Virus record (IMG/VR): IMGVR_UViG_3300020045_000945
Location: 1-26,761 of that record
DNA: 26,761 nucleotides
Origin: a virus
Lineage: Duplodnaviria; Caudoviricetes
Reading direction: 5' to 3' (one strand)
Of the stretch, positions 17,498 to 25,212 are shown piece by piece (the first letter of the stretch is position 1; the number at the start of each line of letters is the position of its first letter). The notes under the pieces were generated by a model that saw nothing but the letters and a program-made list of their open reading frames with translations, had not been told where the DNA came from and made no database searches. The position numbers and the translations under genes were made by a program.

Positions 17498-19689
17498 TAG
17501 TTCATCACCGTCTGTTGAACAGCGCCATCAATGCGGCCTGTTGCGTCTCTGGAAACGCTTACCTGCTTGGGAGCCGTGATAGCCGCCATGACACCCTGAT
17601 TGCCTTGGTTGATCAATTGCGCGATCATCTGTAGGCCCTGCATCAAGGCTTCATTGCCAAGTTCGGCCTTGGTTTTCACAACCATCTGACCGTCTTCGCC
17701 TTCAACCTCTTGCGCATCGCCCGCAATCATCATCTCGCGCTGTTTCATGCTGGCGTCTGACTGCATCTTGGCCATAGCAATACGCTCTTGAGAAGCGATC
17801 TTGGCCATGTCGGCCTTTTCCTGCTGTGCAAGTTTGGCCATGTCGGCCTGTTGATCCTGCTTCAACTGCGCATTTTCTTGCGTCAGTTGCTCAATCATCT
17901 GCTTGCCCTGTTCCATTTGGGCTTGCATTTCAGGCGGTATCTGCGGCTGATTTGTCGGGTCCAGCTTTTCCAGCTTTTCCGCAATCTCATCAGCGCCAGG
18001 CCAGTCCATATTCTTTGCCAGTGAAGCGCCAAGGATAGGAGCCGAGGCAGGCAATGAACGGATCATCTCCGTCATCTGTGCCGCAGCTTCTTCGCGCCGT
18101 GTGGTGAATGAAGGTCCGGTTGTAACCGTCAAATCATATTTACCGGCAGTCAGATCGTGCATTGCCATGACAGCTTTGCCCTTCTCGTCGACAATGGGCT
18201 GGCCTTTCTTGTCCTTGGCTTCGGCTTCCTGATTGACGTGCTTTATGTCTTCTTTGCCGTCCTCACCAATAACCCGAACAATGCGCGGGCCATCGTAAAC
18301 GTGCGGAATGAGATCAATCAGGATGCGACCAAGCGCACGAATGGCGCGGGAAAGGTTGTCGATGAAATGGAATGTGGACACATCGCCTTCACGCTGGCGA
18401 GCCATGATAGCCTTGCCGGACGTTTCATTCGACCGTGCGCCCAAAGAGGCGTCATACATGCCGATAATGGCCTTCATGTCGTCAGCAGCGTTCAAGGCTT
18501 CCTGAAGCGCACCACCTGCAGGCCCAACGTCAAGAGGCTGACGCATTGGAGCCTGTGGCCCGCTGTATTCGAGATACGAATGCGAAGCCGTGTTGGCAGT
18601 CTGCCAGCGGTCGTCATCATCAAACGCACCTTTAGGCCCAATGAACGGAACACGGGGAGCAAGAGCCACCAATTCCGTGGACGTGGTGCGCCAATAGTTG
18701 AACATCCGCTGTGCGTCTTTGGCCTGATTGATTAGTGAGCGATAGTAGCGCTTGCCCTCGACCGCAAATTCATCGCCATACACCGGCACGATCGGGATAT
18801 ATTTTCCCTTCCAATTGTTCTTTTCCAGAATGTCCACACCGGACATGATTGTCTGCGTGACCTTGTAGGACTTGGTGACGCGCTCTGCCTCGATCTGGAT
18901 TGCACCAGCCATCAAGGCCAACTGCAAATCAGGGTCGCTTTCGAGTTCATCCTTACCGAACACACGGCCATCAGACAGTTTGACGATGGTGCGCTCGTAT
19001 TCCTTGCGCTGCCACCATTCAGCAATCGTTACCGTGTCGTCATCAATCCAGTCCGTGCCTGCATCTTTCCAAGCATCGGAATCAAAGTCGGTTTCAGCCT
19101 TGCCCTTGTACTTTCTCTTGAAGTCAGCCTTCGGAAGCCGGTCAACAATAAACGCAACGTCCCAATCGGAACCATCAGCCGCTGTTGAGTTCGGATCACC
19201 GTAAACCGAGAACGGATTGATCACCCGCTCGATTGTCAGGTCCATTTCGAAAGCGTCGTCATAGGCATAGTCAAGCCCAACGCGCACATAGCCAAAGCCG
19301 CCCGTTACCGCACATTCAATCGCCGTATCGTAAGCCACATCAGCGTTTGACGTGTATTCGATGTTTCTGATCAGCCCGTTGATAATGTCGGCAGTCTCTG
19401 GATCACCATTGCTGTCAACAGGGCGCACCTTGATTGACGGCTTGTTCTGGCGTGCGTCGTTCACCACCTGGCGAATGAATGCAGGCATTTTGTTGATGGT
19501 CAGGCAAGGACGCTGTTGCTTCGTGCGATCAGCGACAATCTTGTCCGGCCATTGCTCGCCCAACTTGGCGAATTTGATATCCTCCAATGCCATTTCGCGG
19601 TTATCGTTCTCCGCGTCCTTGCATTTGGTGAACAGTTCACGGCCTTGCTTGAGAATGGCGTCATCATCTGCCGGTTTCTTGTCAGCCAT
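17497..19689 (-). CDS. Portal protein, P22-like
   Basis: 730 aa with GEQW..RPCLTINK..IPIVPVYG..AKDAQRMFNYW..SGKAIMARQ..GKYDLTVTTGPSFTTRREEA and a Gln-rich C-terminal barrel helix. Follows terL. Confidence 0.92.
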   Translation of the reverse strand: MADKKPADDDAILKQGRELFTKCKDAENDNREMALEDIKFAKLGEQWPDKIVADRTKQQRPCLTINKMPAFIRQVVNDARQNKPSIKVRPVDSNGDPETADIINGLIRNIEYTSNADVAYDTAIECAVTGGFGYVRVGLDYAYDDAFEMDLTIERVINPFSVYGDPNSTAADGSDWDVAFIVDRLPKADFKRKYKGKAETDFDSDAWKDAGTDWIDDDTVTIAEWWQRKEYERTIVKLSDGRVFGKDELESDPDLQLALMAGAIQIEAERVTKSYKVTQTIMSGVDILEKNNWKGKYIPIVPVYGDEFAVEGKRYYRSLINQAKDAQRMFNYWRTTSTELVALAPRVPFIGPKGAFDDDDRWQTANTASHSYLEYSGPQAPMRQPLDVGPAGGALQEALNAADDMKAIIGMYDASLGARSNETSGKAIMARQREGDVSTFHFIDNLSRAIRALGRILIDLIPHVYDGPRIVRVIGEDGKEDIKHVNQEAEAKDKKGQPIVDEKGKAVMAMHDLTAGKYDLTVTTGPSFTTRREEAAAQMTEMIRSLPASAPILGASLAKNMDWPGADEIAEKLEKLDPTNQPQIPPEMQAQMEQGKQMIEQLTQENAQLKQDQQADMAKLAQQEKADMAKIASQERIAMAKMQSDASMKQREMMIAGDAQEVEGEDGQMVVKTKAELGNEALMQGLQMIAQLINQGNQGVMAAITAPKQVSVSRDATGRIDGAVQQTVMN

Positions 19690-19692
19690 TGA

Positions 19693-20991
19693 TCAACCCA
19701 TCCATCCACCAGCAACAGCGCGAGGCCGTTGGGATTCTTTCTTGATGCGAGGTTCTTCATAAGTAACCGCCATCAGCCCGAAACTATCCGCACCGTGCGA
19801 GGCCCAATCATGCTCTGGACCGAGGCCGATGTTCCGTGCGTCGTCTTTCTTCTCGTGATACCAGCCAAGCGCAGCGCGACCGGCTTCCGTGGTCGATTCA
19901 TTGAACCAGACCATCGGGAATATGTTTCTGACCGCCTCAATACGAGCAGCAGCAGCGCCCTTGCCCTGATTGGGAACAACCGTCACCGTGTAACCGGCTT
20001 TGCGCAGTGCGCTTTCGTATGAAACGTCGAATACCTTGTCTTGTGTGGATCCATCATGCGGCAACCAGATTTGCGCCCGTTCAGGCGTGTATCCTTTGCC
20101 GCGTAGCCAGTTGATGTGCGTTGCAAGCGGTTGGCCTACCGCCTCGTAATAATCCAGCACCCTGATTTCGCGCCCAATGAACTGTGCCGCCCAGATTGAA
20201 ACCGCATCAGCCTTTGCACCAGTGCCGCCAATGTCGAAGAATAACCGGATGGTCATCAACGGGTCAGCAGCCACACGGCTTATTCTGCCTTCAGACTTGG
20301 CCATTGCCAGCGATTGGGCGAAGTAAGCACCCGCCGCAACAGTCAGATAGCCACCTTCCCAGATGTGGTCATATTGATCAGCCTGCATTCGTAGGCAGTC
20401 CAGACGCTCTTGTTCTAGTTCTGCATTGAACCAAGGATTGTCGCGCCAATTGGCCTGAATGACTGTCGCACCCGTTGGCAGTTCAGCGCCTCGAAGCATC
20501 ACATCAACAGGATCGGTCTTGAGCCGGGCATTCCAGCTAAACCACAGTTCCGAACCTTCGGCGCGAATGGTTGGCCGTAACAGGTTCAGTGAGCGCAGAG
20601 AGGCCGCTTGTGCTTCCTCCCACCATGCCCGTTTGAACCCTTCCAACGACTTGATGGATTCCGCTGTGTGATCCTGCATACCCTGAAAGATGATAGCGCC
20701 ATCACCTGGCGTTTGAATAACCTCGTTAAAAACCTTGAAGCCGTCAGCCTCACCAAGCCGGAAATCCTTTAGCTTTGCTTCCAACAGGCGTTTAGATGAA
20801 TCCTTGAGGGTCTTTTGCACTTCACGAATGCAGACTGATAAAAGCCCGCGTTCAGCTAGACTGTCCTCGATCAACAACCCGCCGAAGAAATGTGACTTGC
20901 CTGAACCTCGACCACCCCATGCGCCTTTGTATCGTGCAGGAGCCAGTAAAGGCTCAAACACTTCAGCCGTTGGGATTTGTAGGGTTCGCAC
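19693..20991 (-). CDS. terL: Terminase large subunit (PBSX-like family)
   Basis: Walker A GGRGSGKS, CIREVQ, SIKSLEG, Walker B AWWEEA, and nuclease acidic residues in FFDIG and HGADSF. Confidence 0.95.
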   Translation of the reverse strand: MRTLQIPTAEVFEPLLAPARYKGAWGGRGSGKSHFFGGLLIEDSLAERGLLSVCIREVQKTLKDSSKRLLEAKLKDFRLGEADGFKVFNEVIQTPGDGAIIFQGMQDHTAESIKSLEGFKRAWWEEAQAASLRSLNLLRPTIRAEGSELWFSWNARLKTDPVDVMLRGAELPTGATVIQANWRDNPWFNAELEQERLDCLRMQADQYDHIWEGGYLTVAAGAYFAQSLAMAKSEGRISRVAADPLMTIRLFFDIGGTGAKADAVSIWAAQFIGREIRVLDYYEAVGQPLATHINWLRGKGYTPERAQIWLPHDGSTQDKVFDVSYESALRKAGYTVTVVPNQGKGAAAARIEAVRNIFPMVWFNESTTEAGRAALGWYHEKKDDARNIGLGPEHDWASHGADSFGLMAVTYEEPRIKKESQRPRAVAGGWMG

Positions 20992-21391
20992 GAATGATCG
21001 ACCGCTCTATTTTGTGAACGTGCTGAATTGGGTTGTTTGGGTCGCCCTGCTGCAATTGCTTGTCTATGAGCAAGCCGTTTACCTTTGCCTTGCCCATAAC
21101 AGCGGTGATTGCCGGTGCGTATTGTTCGGAAGCGTGGGCATCTAGGCGAAGCTGTTCCAGTTCCCTTGTGATGCTTTCCACTGTCACAAGTGTGCGTTCA
21201 CGGGCTGCTGTTTGCAGTTCTGACACCCTTAGGCCAACGTTAGGGTCACCAAGAGTGCGGCAGGCTTCAACCCAAATGCTTTCGGGCTTCATGTTCTCCG
21301 CGTCATATGAGCGTCTGTAGGCTTCGCTGGCGTTACCTGTCTCGACATAGGCAAGGGCGAATGCCTCCTGCTTAGGAGTGAGGTTAGCCAT
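20963..21391 (-). CDS. terS: Terminase small subunit
   Basis: LTPKQEAFALAYVETGNASEAYRRSY helix-turn-helix start. Overlaps the terL start. Confidence 0.9.
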   Translation of the reverse strand: MANLTPKQEAFALAYVETGNASEAYRRSYDAENMKPESIWVEACRTLGDPNVGLRVSELQTAARERTLVTVESITRELEQLRLDAHASEQYAPAITAVMGKAKVNGLLIDKQLQQGDPNNPIQHVHKIERSIIRANPTNPNG

Positions 21392-21397
21392 CTTGTC

Positions 21398-21419
21398 AGC
21401 ACTCCTTACGGTTGGTGCT
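21398..21419 (-). promoter_or_regulatory. RBS-sequestering GNRA hairpin upstream of terS (copy 1 of the motif)
   Basis: AGCAC-CAA-CC-GTAA-GG-A-GTGCT, then 6 nt, then ATG. The SD AAGGAG lies in the loop and 3' arm. Confidence 0.65.
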
Positions 21420-21427
21420 ATGTTTGG

Positions 21428-21574
21428 TTATTTTGGGAGTTGTGCACGTCTCGTCGGAACCGTTGATGACAACGATATCTTCGAGCTTATGCCATACTGC
21501 AAAAGTGTTTGACCTATATTGCGGAGACGCAGGCCCACCTTAATGGCGAGGCGTTGTCTTGTCGTTAGTCGCAT
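21428..21574 (-). CDS. Small basic hypothetical protein (48 aa)
   Basis: Not in the ORF track. GGAG RBS, then MRLTTRQRLAIKVGLRLRNIGQTLLQYGISSKISLSSTVPTRRAQLPK*. Fills the gap before terS. Confidence 0.4.
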   Translation of the reverse strand: MRLTTRQRLAIKVGLRLRNIGQTLLQYGISSKISLSSTVPTRRAQLPK

Positions 21575-21592
21575 TTGCGGACTCCGTATTGG

Positions 21593-21793
21593 TTATTTGC
21601 CTGTGAGGCAGTCAGGAGAAGCGGGGCTGAACATGAACGTTTCACCTTCTGGCAAATCGTTGAAGTCGAATATGATACAATCATCATACTCAATATATGC
21701 GTTAAGCCCGCACACTGATTTTATGCGGTATTCGTCTCCAATGCCATAATCCAGCAGTGTTCCCTCACCGCATGAGATTGCGTATTCAAACAT
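21593..21793 (-). CDS. Small acidic hypothetical protein
   Basis: 66 aa, 8-bp overlap with the upstream ORF, relatively AT-rich. Confidence 0.45.
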   Translation of the reverse strand: MFEYAISCGEGTLLDYGIGDEYRIKSVCGLNAYIEYDDCIIFDFNDLPEGETFMFSPASPDCLTGK

Positions 21794-22055
21794 CAGGAAC
21801 CAAATCCGCAGGAGTCATATATTCAATTTTTGGGTATGTGACGCGGGGGTCATCGAGCGCGTAGCCTAGTTTACCATGCTCAATCTTGCAAAGCGCGTAT
21901 GCAACCTCATAAGCCACAGCGCTGTTACCATACTCGCCAATTGTTTCAACCCCGCCGCTGTCACCGTTCGGGCCAGTCTCACTATGCCATTTAGTCACCA
22001 CATAACGGGTGACTTCACGGATGCGGTATTCAATTTCAGTGCTTGGTTCAGCCAT
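21786..22055 (-). CDS. Hypothetical protein
   Basis: Start reassigned to ATG 22055, which has AAGGA 8 nt upstream. Reads IEYRIREVTRYVVTKWH..GEYGNSAVAYEVAYALCK. Confidence 0.65.
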   Translation of the reverse strand: MAEPSTEIEYRIREVTRYVVTKWHSETGPNGDSGGVETIGEYGNSAVAYEVAYALCKIEHGKLGYALDDPRVTYPKIEYMTPADLVPDV

Positions 22056-22069
22056 GTTCATGGTCCTTT

Positions 22070-22091
22070 GAAAGCGCATCCCGCAGGATGC
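22070..22091 (-). terminator. Possible weak terminator or attenuator downstream of the late promoter
   Basis: GCATCC-TGCG-GGATGC followed by GCTTTC. The U-tract is poor. Confidence 0.35.
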
Positions 22092-22152
22092 TATCCATAC
22101 CATTATGGAATTTGTGATTTGGGGAGGACGGTTAGGGCGAAATTCTTCGACC

Positions 22153-22386
22153 TTAATCAGTCATGTCGGTAATTAGGGCTGATTTGGCTTCTGTGTCAAG
22201 AGGTAAACAGTTACCGCAAACAGGTTCCATTCCCGTCGCCGTAAAATGCGCTAAAGCCTCCTCATAAGTCATTGACAACATCAGATCGACCTTGCGGTTC
22301 AAGTCCATGATGTACGTGATGCCGAACGGCTTCAATTTGGGCCGCGAGGCTTTGATTTTCTTTCGGCTGCATATGGAATAATTCAC
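22153..22386 (-). CDS. Hypothetical protein
   Basis: 77 aa, GTGA-coupled to the upstream gene, but its 3' end overlaps the predicted promoter. Confidence 0.35.
   Translation of the reverse strand: MNYSICSRKKIKASRPKLKPFGITYIMDLNRKVDLMLSMTYEEALAHFTATGMEPVCGNCLPLDTEAKSALITDMTD
22171..22200 (-). promoter_or_regulatory. Putative sigma70 late promoter
   Basis: cTTGACA-N17-CTAATT, close to the alphaproteobacterial CTTGAC..CTATAT consensus. Lies just downstream of the putative late regulator and points at terS. Confidence 0.6.
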
Positions 22387-22943
22387 GCTGCCCTCCTTGC
22401 CCGTACCCCGTTGAAAAACTGATCAACCGCATTCAATGCCAGCCGCAAATCCCCGATCATGTGTTCAAAACCGTTATTGTCAACCACGCAATACTGGATT
22501 GCTGCCCAAAGATTGCCTCGCTGATAGTTCTGTGCGTCTTGGATGGCCTTTTGCAGTGCTTGGTATTTGGCTGCTGTTGCGCGGTTTCTGGCGTCTATGT
22601 CGTCTTGTGAAAGCATTGGACCGGAACCTTCCGCAGCTTCGTAATGAGCCAATGCGCTTGATGTGCGTTTCCGTTCCTTGTTCAAGAGCGCCAGGAATGA
22701 TTGGCTTGCCTCATATTGAACCTTGCTGATTTTCTTGGTGTAATAGAGAAGCCCGATGAATGTGCTGGTCAGTGGCTGCTTGGCGGCTTCTTTTGCATCC
22801 TTCGCAGATATTCCCCAATGTGCAGTTAGAACCTTTGCACGGGCTTCTATTGCCACGCTGTCGGCAGGCTCTGGAATGGTGCGCAAGGCCCGCCCGTTTG
22901 GTTCACGCTCTACGTTGTGTCTTTTGCGTCCGCGCTTTGCCAT
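22383..22943 (-). CDS. Putative late-gene transcription regulator (Q-antiterminator position)
   Basis: ATG 22943 has an AAGGA RBS. Basic arm MAKRGRKRHNVEREPNGR and C-terminal LRLALNAVDQFF. Last large gene before the promoter and terS. Function is inferred from position. Confidence 0.5.
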   Translation of the reverse strand: MAKRGRKRHNVEREPNGRALRTIPEPADSVAIEARAKVLTAHWGISAKDAKEAAKQPLTSTFIGLLYYTKKISKVQYEASQSFLALLNKERKRTSSALAHYEAAEGSGPMLSQDDIDARNRATAAKYQALQKAIQDAQNYQRGNLWAAIQYCVVDNNGFEHMIGDLRLALNAVDQFFNGVRARRAA

Positions 22944-23003
22944 GATGGTCCTTAGCCTCGTGCCTGTGGGGTTGAACACGTCTATGAGATACGCTGTCAC
23001 GCT

Positions 23004-23216
23004 TTACGCCTGCGGTTTGATGTGGATTTTGCCGATCTGACAACGGCGGAGCGCGTAGTTTATCGGTATGACCGAGGCAATCCGCGTTGCCGTACTGATA
23101 GTGTGCATCAGCGCATAATCCATATGGTCTGGGTAAAAACGCTCCCGATCATCATAATGTGCTGCCCATGCTGGCTCTTGTGATATGGTTTGCTTTTTGC
23201 GGAATGGCCATTTCAT
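23004..23216 (-). CDS. Hypothetical protein (C-terminus paralogous to the neighbour)
   Basis: 70 aa ending RRCQIGKIHIKPQA. Confidence 0.55.
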   Translation of the reverse strand: MKWPFRKKQTISQEPAWAAHYDDRERFYPDHMDYALMHTISTATRIASVIPINYALRRCQIGKIHIKPQA

Positions 23217-23220
23217 CGCT

Positions 23221-23373
23221 TTACGCCTTGGGCTTCATGGTCACTCGACCAATTTTGCAGTTTCTGGAATACCAATTTTGATGCCAAACCAAATTGATTG
23301 CTTGGCGGATTGCCATGTCCTTAACGCCAAGACAGTTTGACGTGATAAAATGCGCATGATTGGAATACGTCAT
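23221..23373 (-). CDS. Hypothetical protein (50 aa)
   Basis: ATGA-coupled start at 23373. Ends RNCKIGRVTMKPKA. Confidence 0.5.
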   Translation of the reverse strand: MTYSNHAHFITSNCLGVKDMAIRQAINLVWHQNWYSRNCKIGRVTMKPKA

Positions 23374-24053
23374 AAGCGTTCGCCTTCTGTGGGTTTGGGC
23401 CAAGGGCGGATGAGGTCCCAGCCCCTTAGGGCCATGTCAGACTTTCCGTCTGTAAACCAATGATAACCGTCCTGAAGTTCATCGGAAAACCCGCGCAAGT
23501 GCGCACCATAGAAATCAATCATCTGCCCTGTTTTGATTGTGACGCGCTTGCCGTTAGCTGCCTCGTAATCACCGGCTGTAAACGTTCCATCCCATTCAGG
23601 GGCTTTGGAGGGGGTACGTTCCTTTTGGCTTTGAACCGCAGAGGAAATACCGGCCAAGGCTTCAAGGTTTCCCCATGCAGCGGCGTTGAATGCTTTCTCG
23701 TCGCCTTGGCCGAACATCCCAGCGAATAGGCTTGTTGGCTTCACACTCTCCACCACCTGCTTGTCCTTTTCCTTGGCTTCGGGAGTGTCTGGCGGGAAAA
23801 CCTCTACCCGCGCCTGCGCCCAAGTTTCGACAGAACCCCTTCCAAAGACTGCGCCTTCACGTATCTTTTTATCTAATGCGTCCTCACGTTCCTTGCGCTG
23901 GCGTTCGCGCTTGGCGGCTTTGCGCTGTTCGCGGACGGTGTAAGCGGCCTCGAGGGCGCGGCGCATATCGGCCTTGAATGCTGAATTATAGTTATTGTCC
24001 TCAGTGTAATATCCGAGCAGTGCCGCGTCGATTTCCTCTTGTGAGATTTTCAT
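23370..24053 (-). CDS. Hypothetical multi-domain accessory protein
   Basis: ATGA-coupled start at 24053 (MKISQEEIDAA..MRRALEAA), then a coiled coil and a C-terminal G.Y..NGKRV..W.TDG..DLIRPW module. Confidence 0.65.
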   Translation of the reverse strand: MKISQEEIDAALLGYYTEDNNYNSAFKADMRRALEAAYTVREQRKAAKRERQRKEREDALDKKIREGAVFGRGSVETWAQARVEVFPPDTPEAKEKDKQVVESVKPTSLFAGMFGQGDEKAFNAAAWGNLEALAGISSAVQSQKERTPSKAPEWDGTFTAGDYEAANGKRVTIKTGQMIDFYGAHLRGFSDELQDGYHWFTDGKSDMALRGWDLIRPWPKPTEGERL

Positions 24054-24808
24054 TTCTGCACCCACATCAAACGGTAAACTTCCCAAACCGACAGCGGCGA
24101 TTTTGCATCAATCGACTTTTTCAAAATATCCCGCGCCTCAATAGCTCGTTCAATCGTGTCATATGTTCCCGCTGCATACTTTAACCCGCCGTGGTGGATT
24201 TCCGCACGATGCTTCCCGTTCGGCATGGCTATAATCCCCGTAAAGCCTGATTTCGGCAGCTTCGTTTTTCTGCCCTTGAGAGGTCGCGCATTTGGCAAAA
24301 TACCACATCTTTTCAACGAGTTGATTATAGTCGAATGATCTCTGGAAAACAACTTCCCCATTTGATGCAATGAAAATTCTTTGCCGCCTTTGGTCATTTC
24401 CAAATACATCGCGCCGACAAGCCGGTGACGGACTTCCGTGAAAACTTCCCGCCTTGAAGGGCCAATTATATCGTAATAGTCCACACCGGACTTTTCGCAC
24501 ATTTCAATAAGCCGAGACTTCGGCGTTCCTTGAAATGCATTTGCCTTGCGCGGTGTTATCGGATGCGCCATTTCGGCAATGCGCAACGCTTCGATTTCGG
24601 CTTTTGCCTTTTCATCCAGGAACCGTTGACGGTGCAGGACTTCGGCGGCTTTCCGGTCGCGCTCGATCTGCGCTTCACGGTCTGCCTTCTGTTTGGCGGT
24701 CATCATGAACGGATCAACGATGCCGGTCTTTTTCCAGAGCCGCTTGCGCATGTCTTTCGCCGCTGCGATTACGTCCGCGCCGTTTGTGTAGGTGATTGCT
24801 TGAAGCAT
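24050..24808 (-). CDS. DnaA C-terminal (domain IV) HTH fused to an AP2-like DNA-binding domain
   Basis: TAATG-coupled start at 24808. DIIGPSRR..VRH..MYL..SLHQMGKLFSRDHSTIINS matches DnaA domain IV. KSGFTGI..NGKHRAEI..GTYDTIERAIEARD matches AP2. Confidence 0.75.
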   Translation of the reverse strand: MLQAITYTNGADVIAAAKDMRKRLWKKTGIVDPFMMTAKQKADREAQIERDRKAAEVLHRQRFLDEKAKAEIEALRIAEMAHPITPRKANAFQGTPKSRLIEMCEKSGVDYYDIIGPSRREVFTEVRHRLVGAMYLEMTKGGKEFSLHQMGKLFSRDHSTIINSLKRCGILPNARPLKGRKTKLPKSGFTGIIAMPNGKHRAEIHHGGLKYAAGTYDTIERAIEARDILKKSIDAKSPLSVWEVYRLMWVQK

Positions 24809-25212
24809 TATTGCGCTCCTGCCTGTTTGGAGATTTCTTCTAATTCGTCTGCCGTGATTTTGCCTGCTGCCCAATCTGCAAGCGCCTGCATTTTCTGCCG
24901 TGAAACGAGATTGCCGACAGGTGCGGGCTTGTGTTCGATCTTTGGTGCAGCGCCAGCCTTATCAACGCGCTCTAGATGCTCGTGACGTGCCGTGGCTTCC
25001 AGTGCCAATTGAGCGACGGAAGGCGCATAACGCGGGTCATGAGACGGAACCTGCCCTCTCATGAACCGGCTGCAAGCCATGACGATTGCGTCATCCCGAA
25101 GCCCCTCCAATGCGATCTTGCAAGCCATCATCAGCACATCAGCATCAGTGTTTTGCGATTGCGGAAACGCATTAAACATCACTGCCAGAGCGCCGAGCGT
25201 GTTTTTATCCAT
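24808..25212 (-). CDS. Putative replication protein / helicase-loader-like
   Basis: Start at ATG 25212 (MDKNTLGALAVMFNAFP..ALEGL..AIVMACSRF..RYAPSVAQL). A helical domain in the slot after the initiator. Confidence 0.45.
   Translation of the reverse strand: MDKNTLGALAVMFNAFPQSQNTDADVLMMACKIALEGLRDDAIVMACSRFMRGQVPSHDPRYAPSVAQLALEATARHEHLERVDKAGAAPKIEHKPAPVGNLVSRQKMQALADWAAGKITADELEEISKQAGAQ

Noticed and set aside
21420-22390. tRNA genes in the region after the late promoter
   Set aside because: No cloverleaf or T-loop GTTCGA context was found. The space is occupied by short ORFs.
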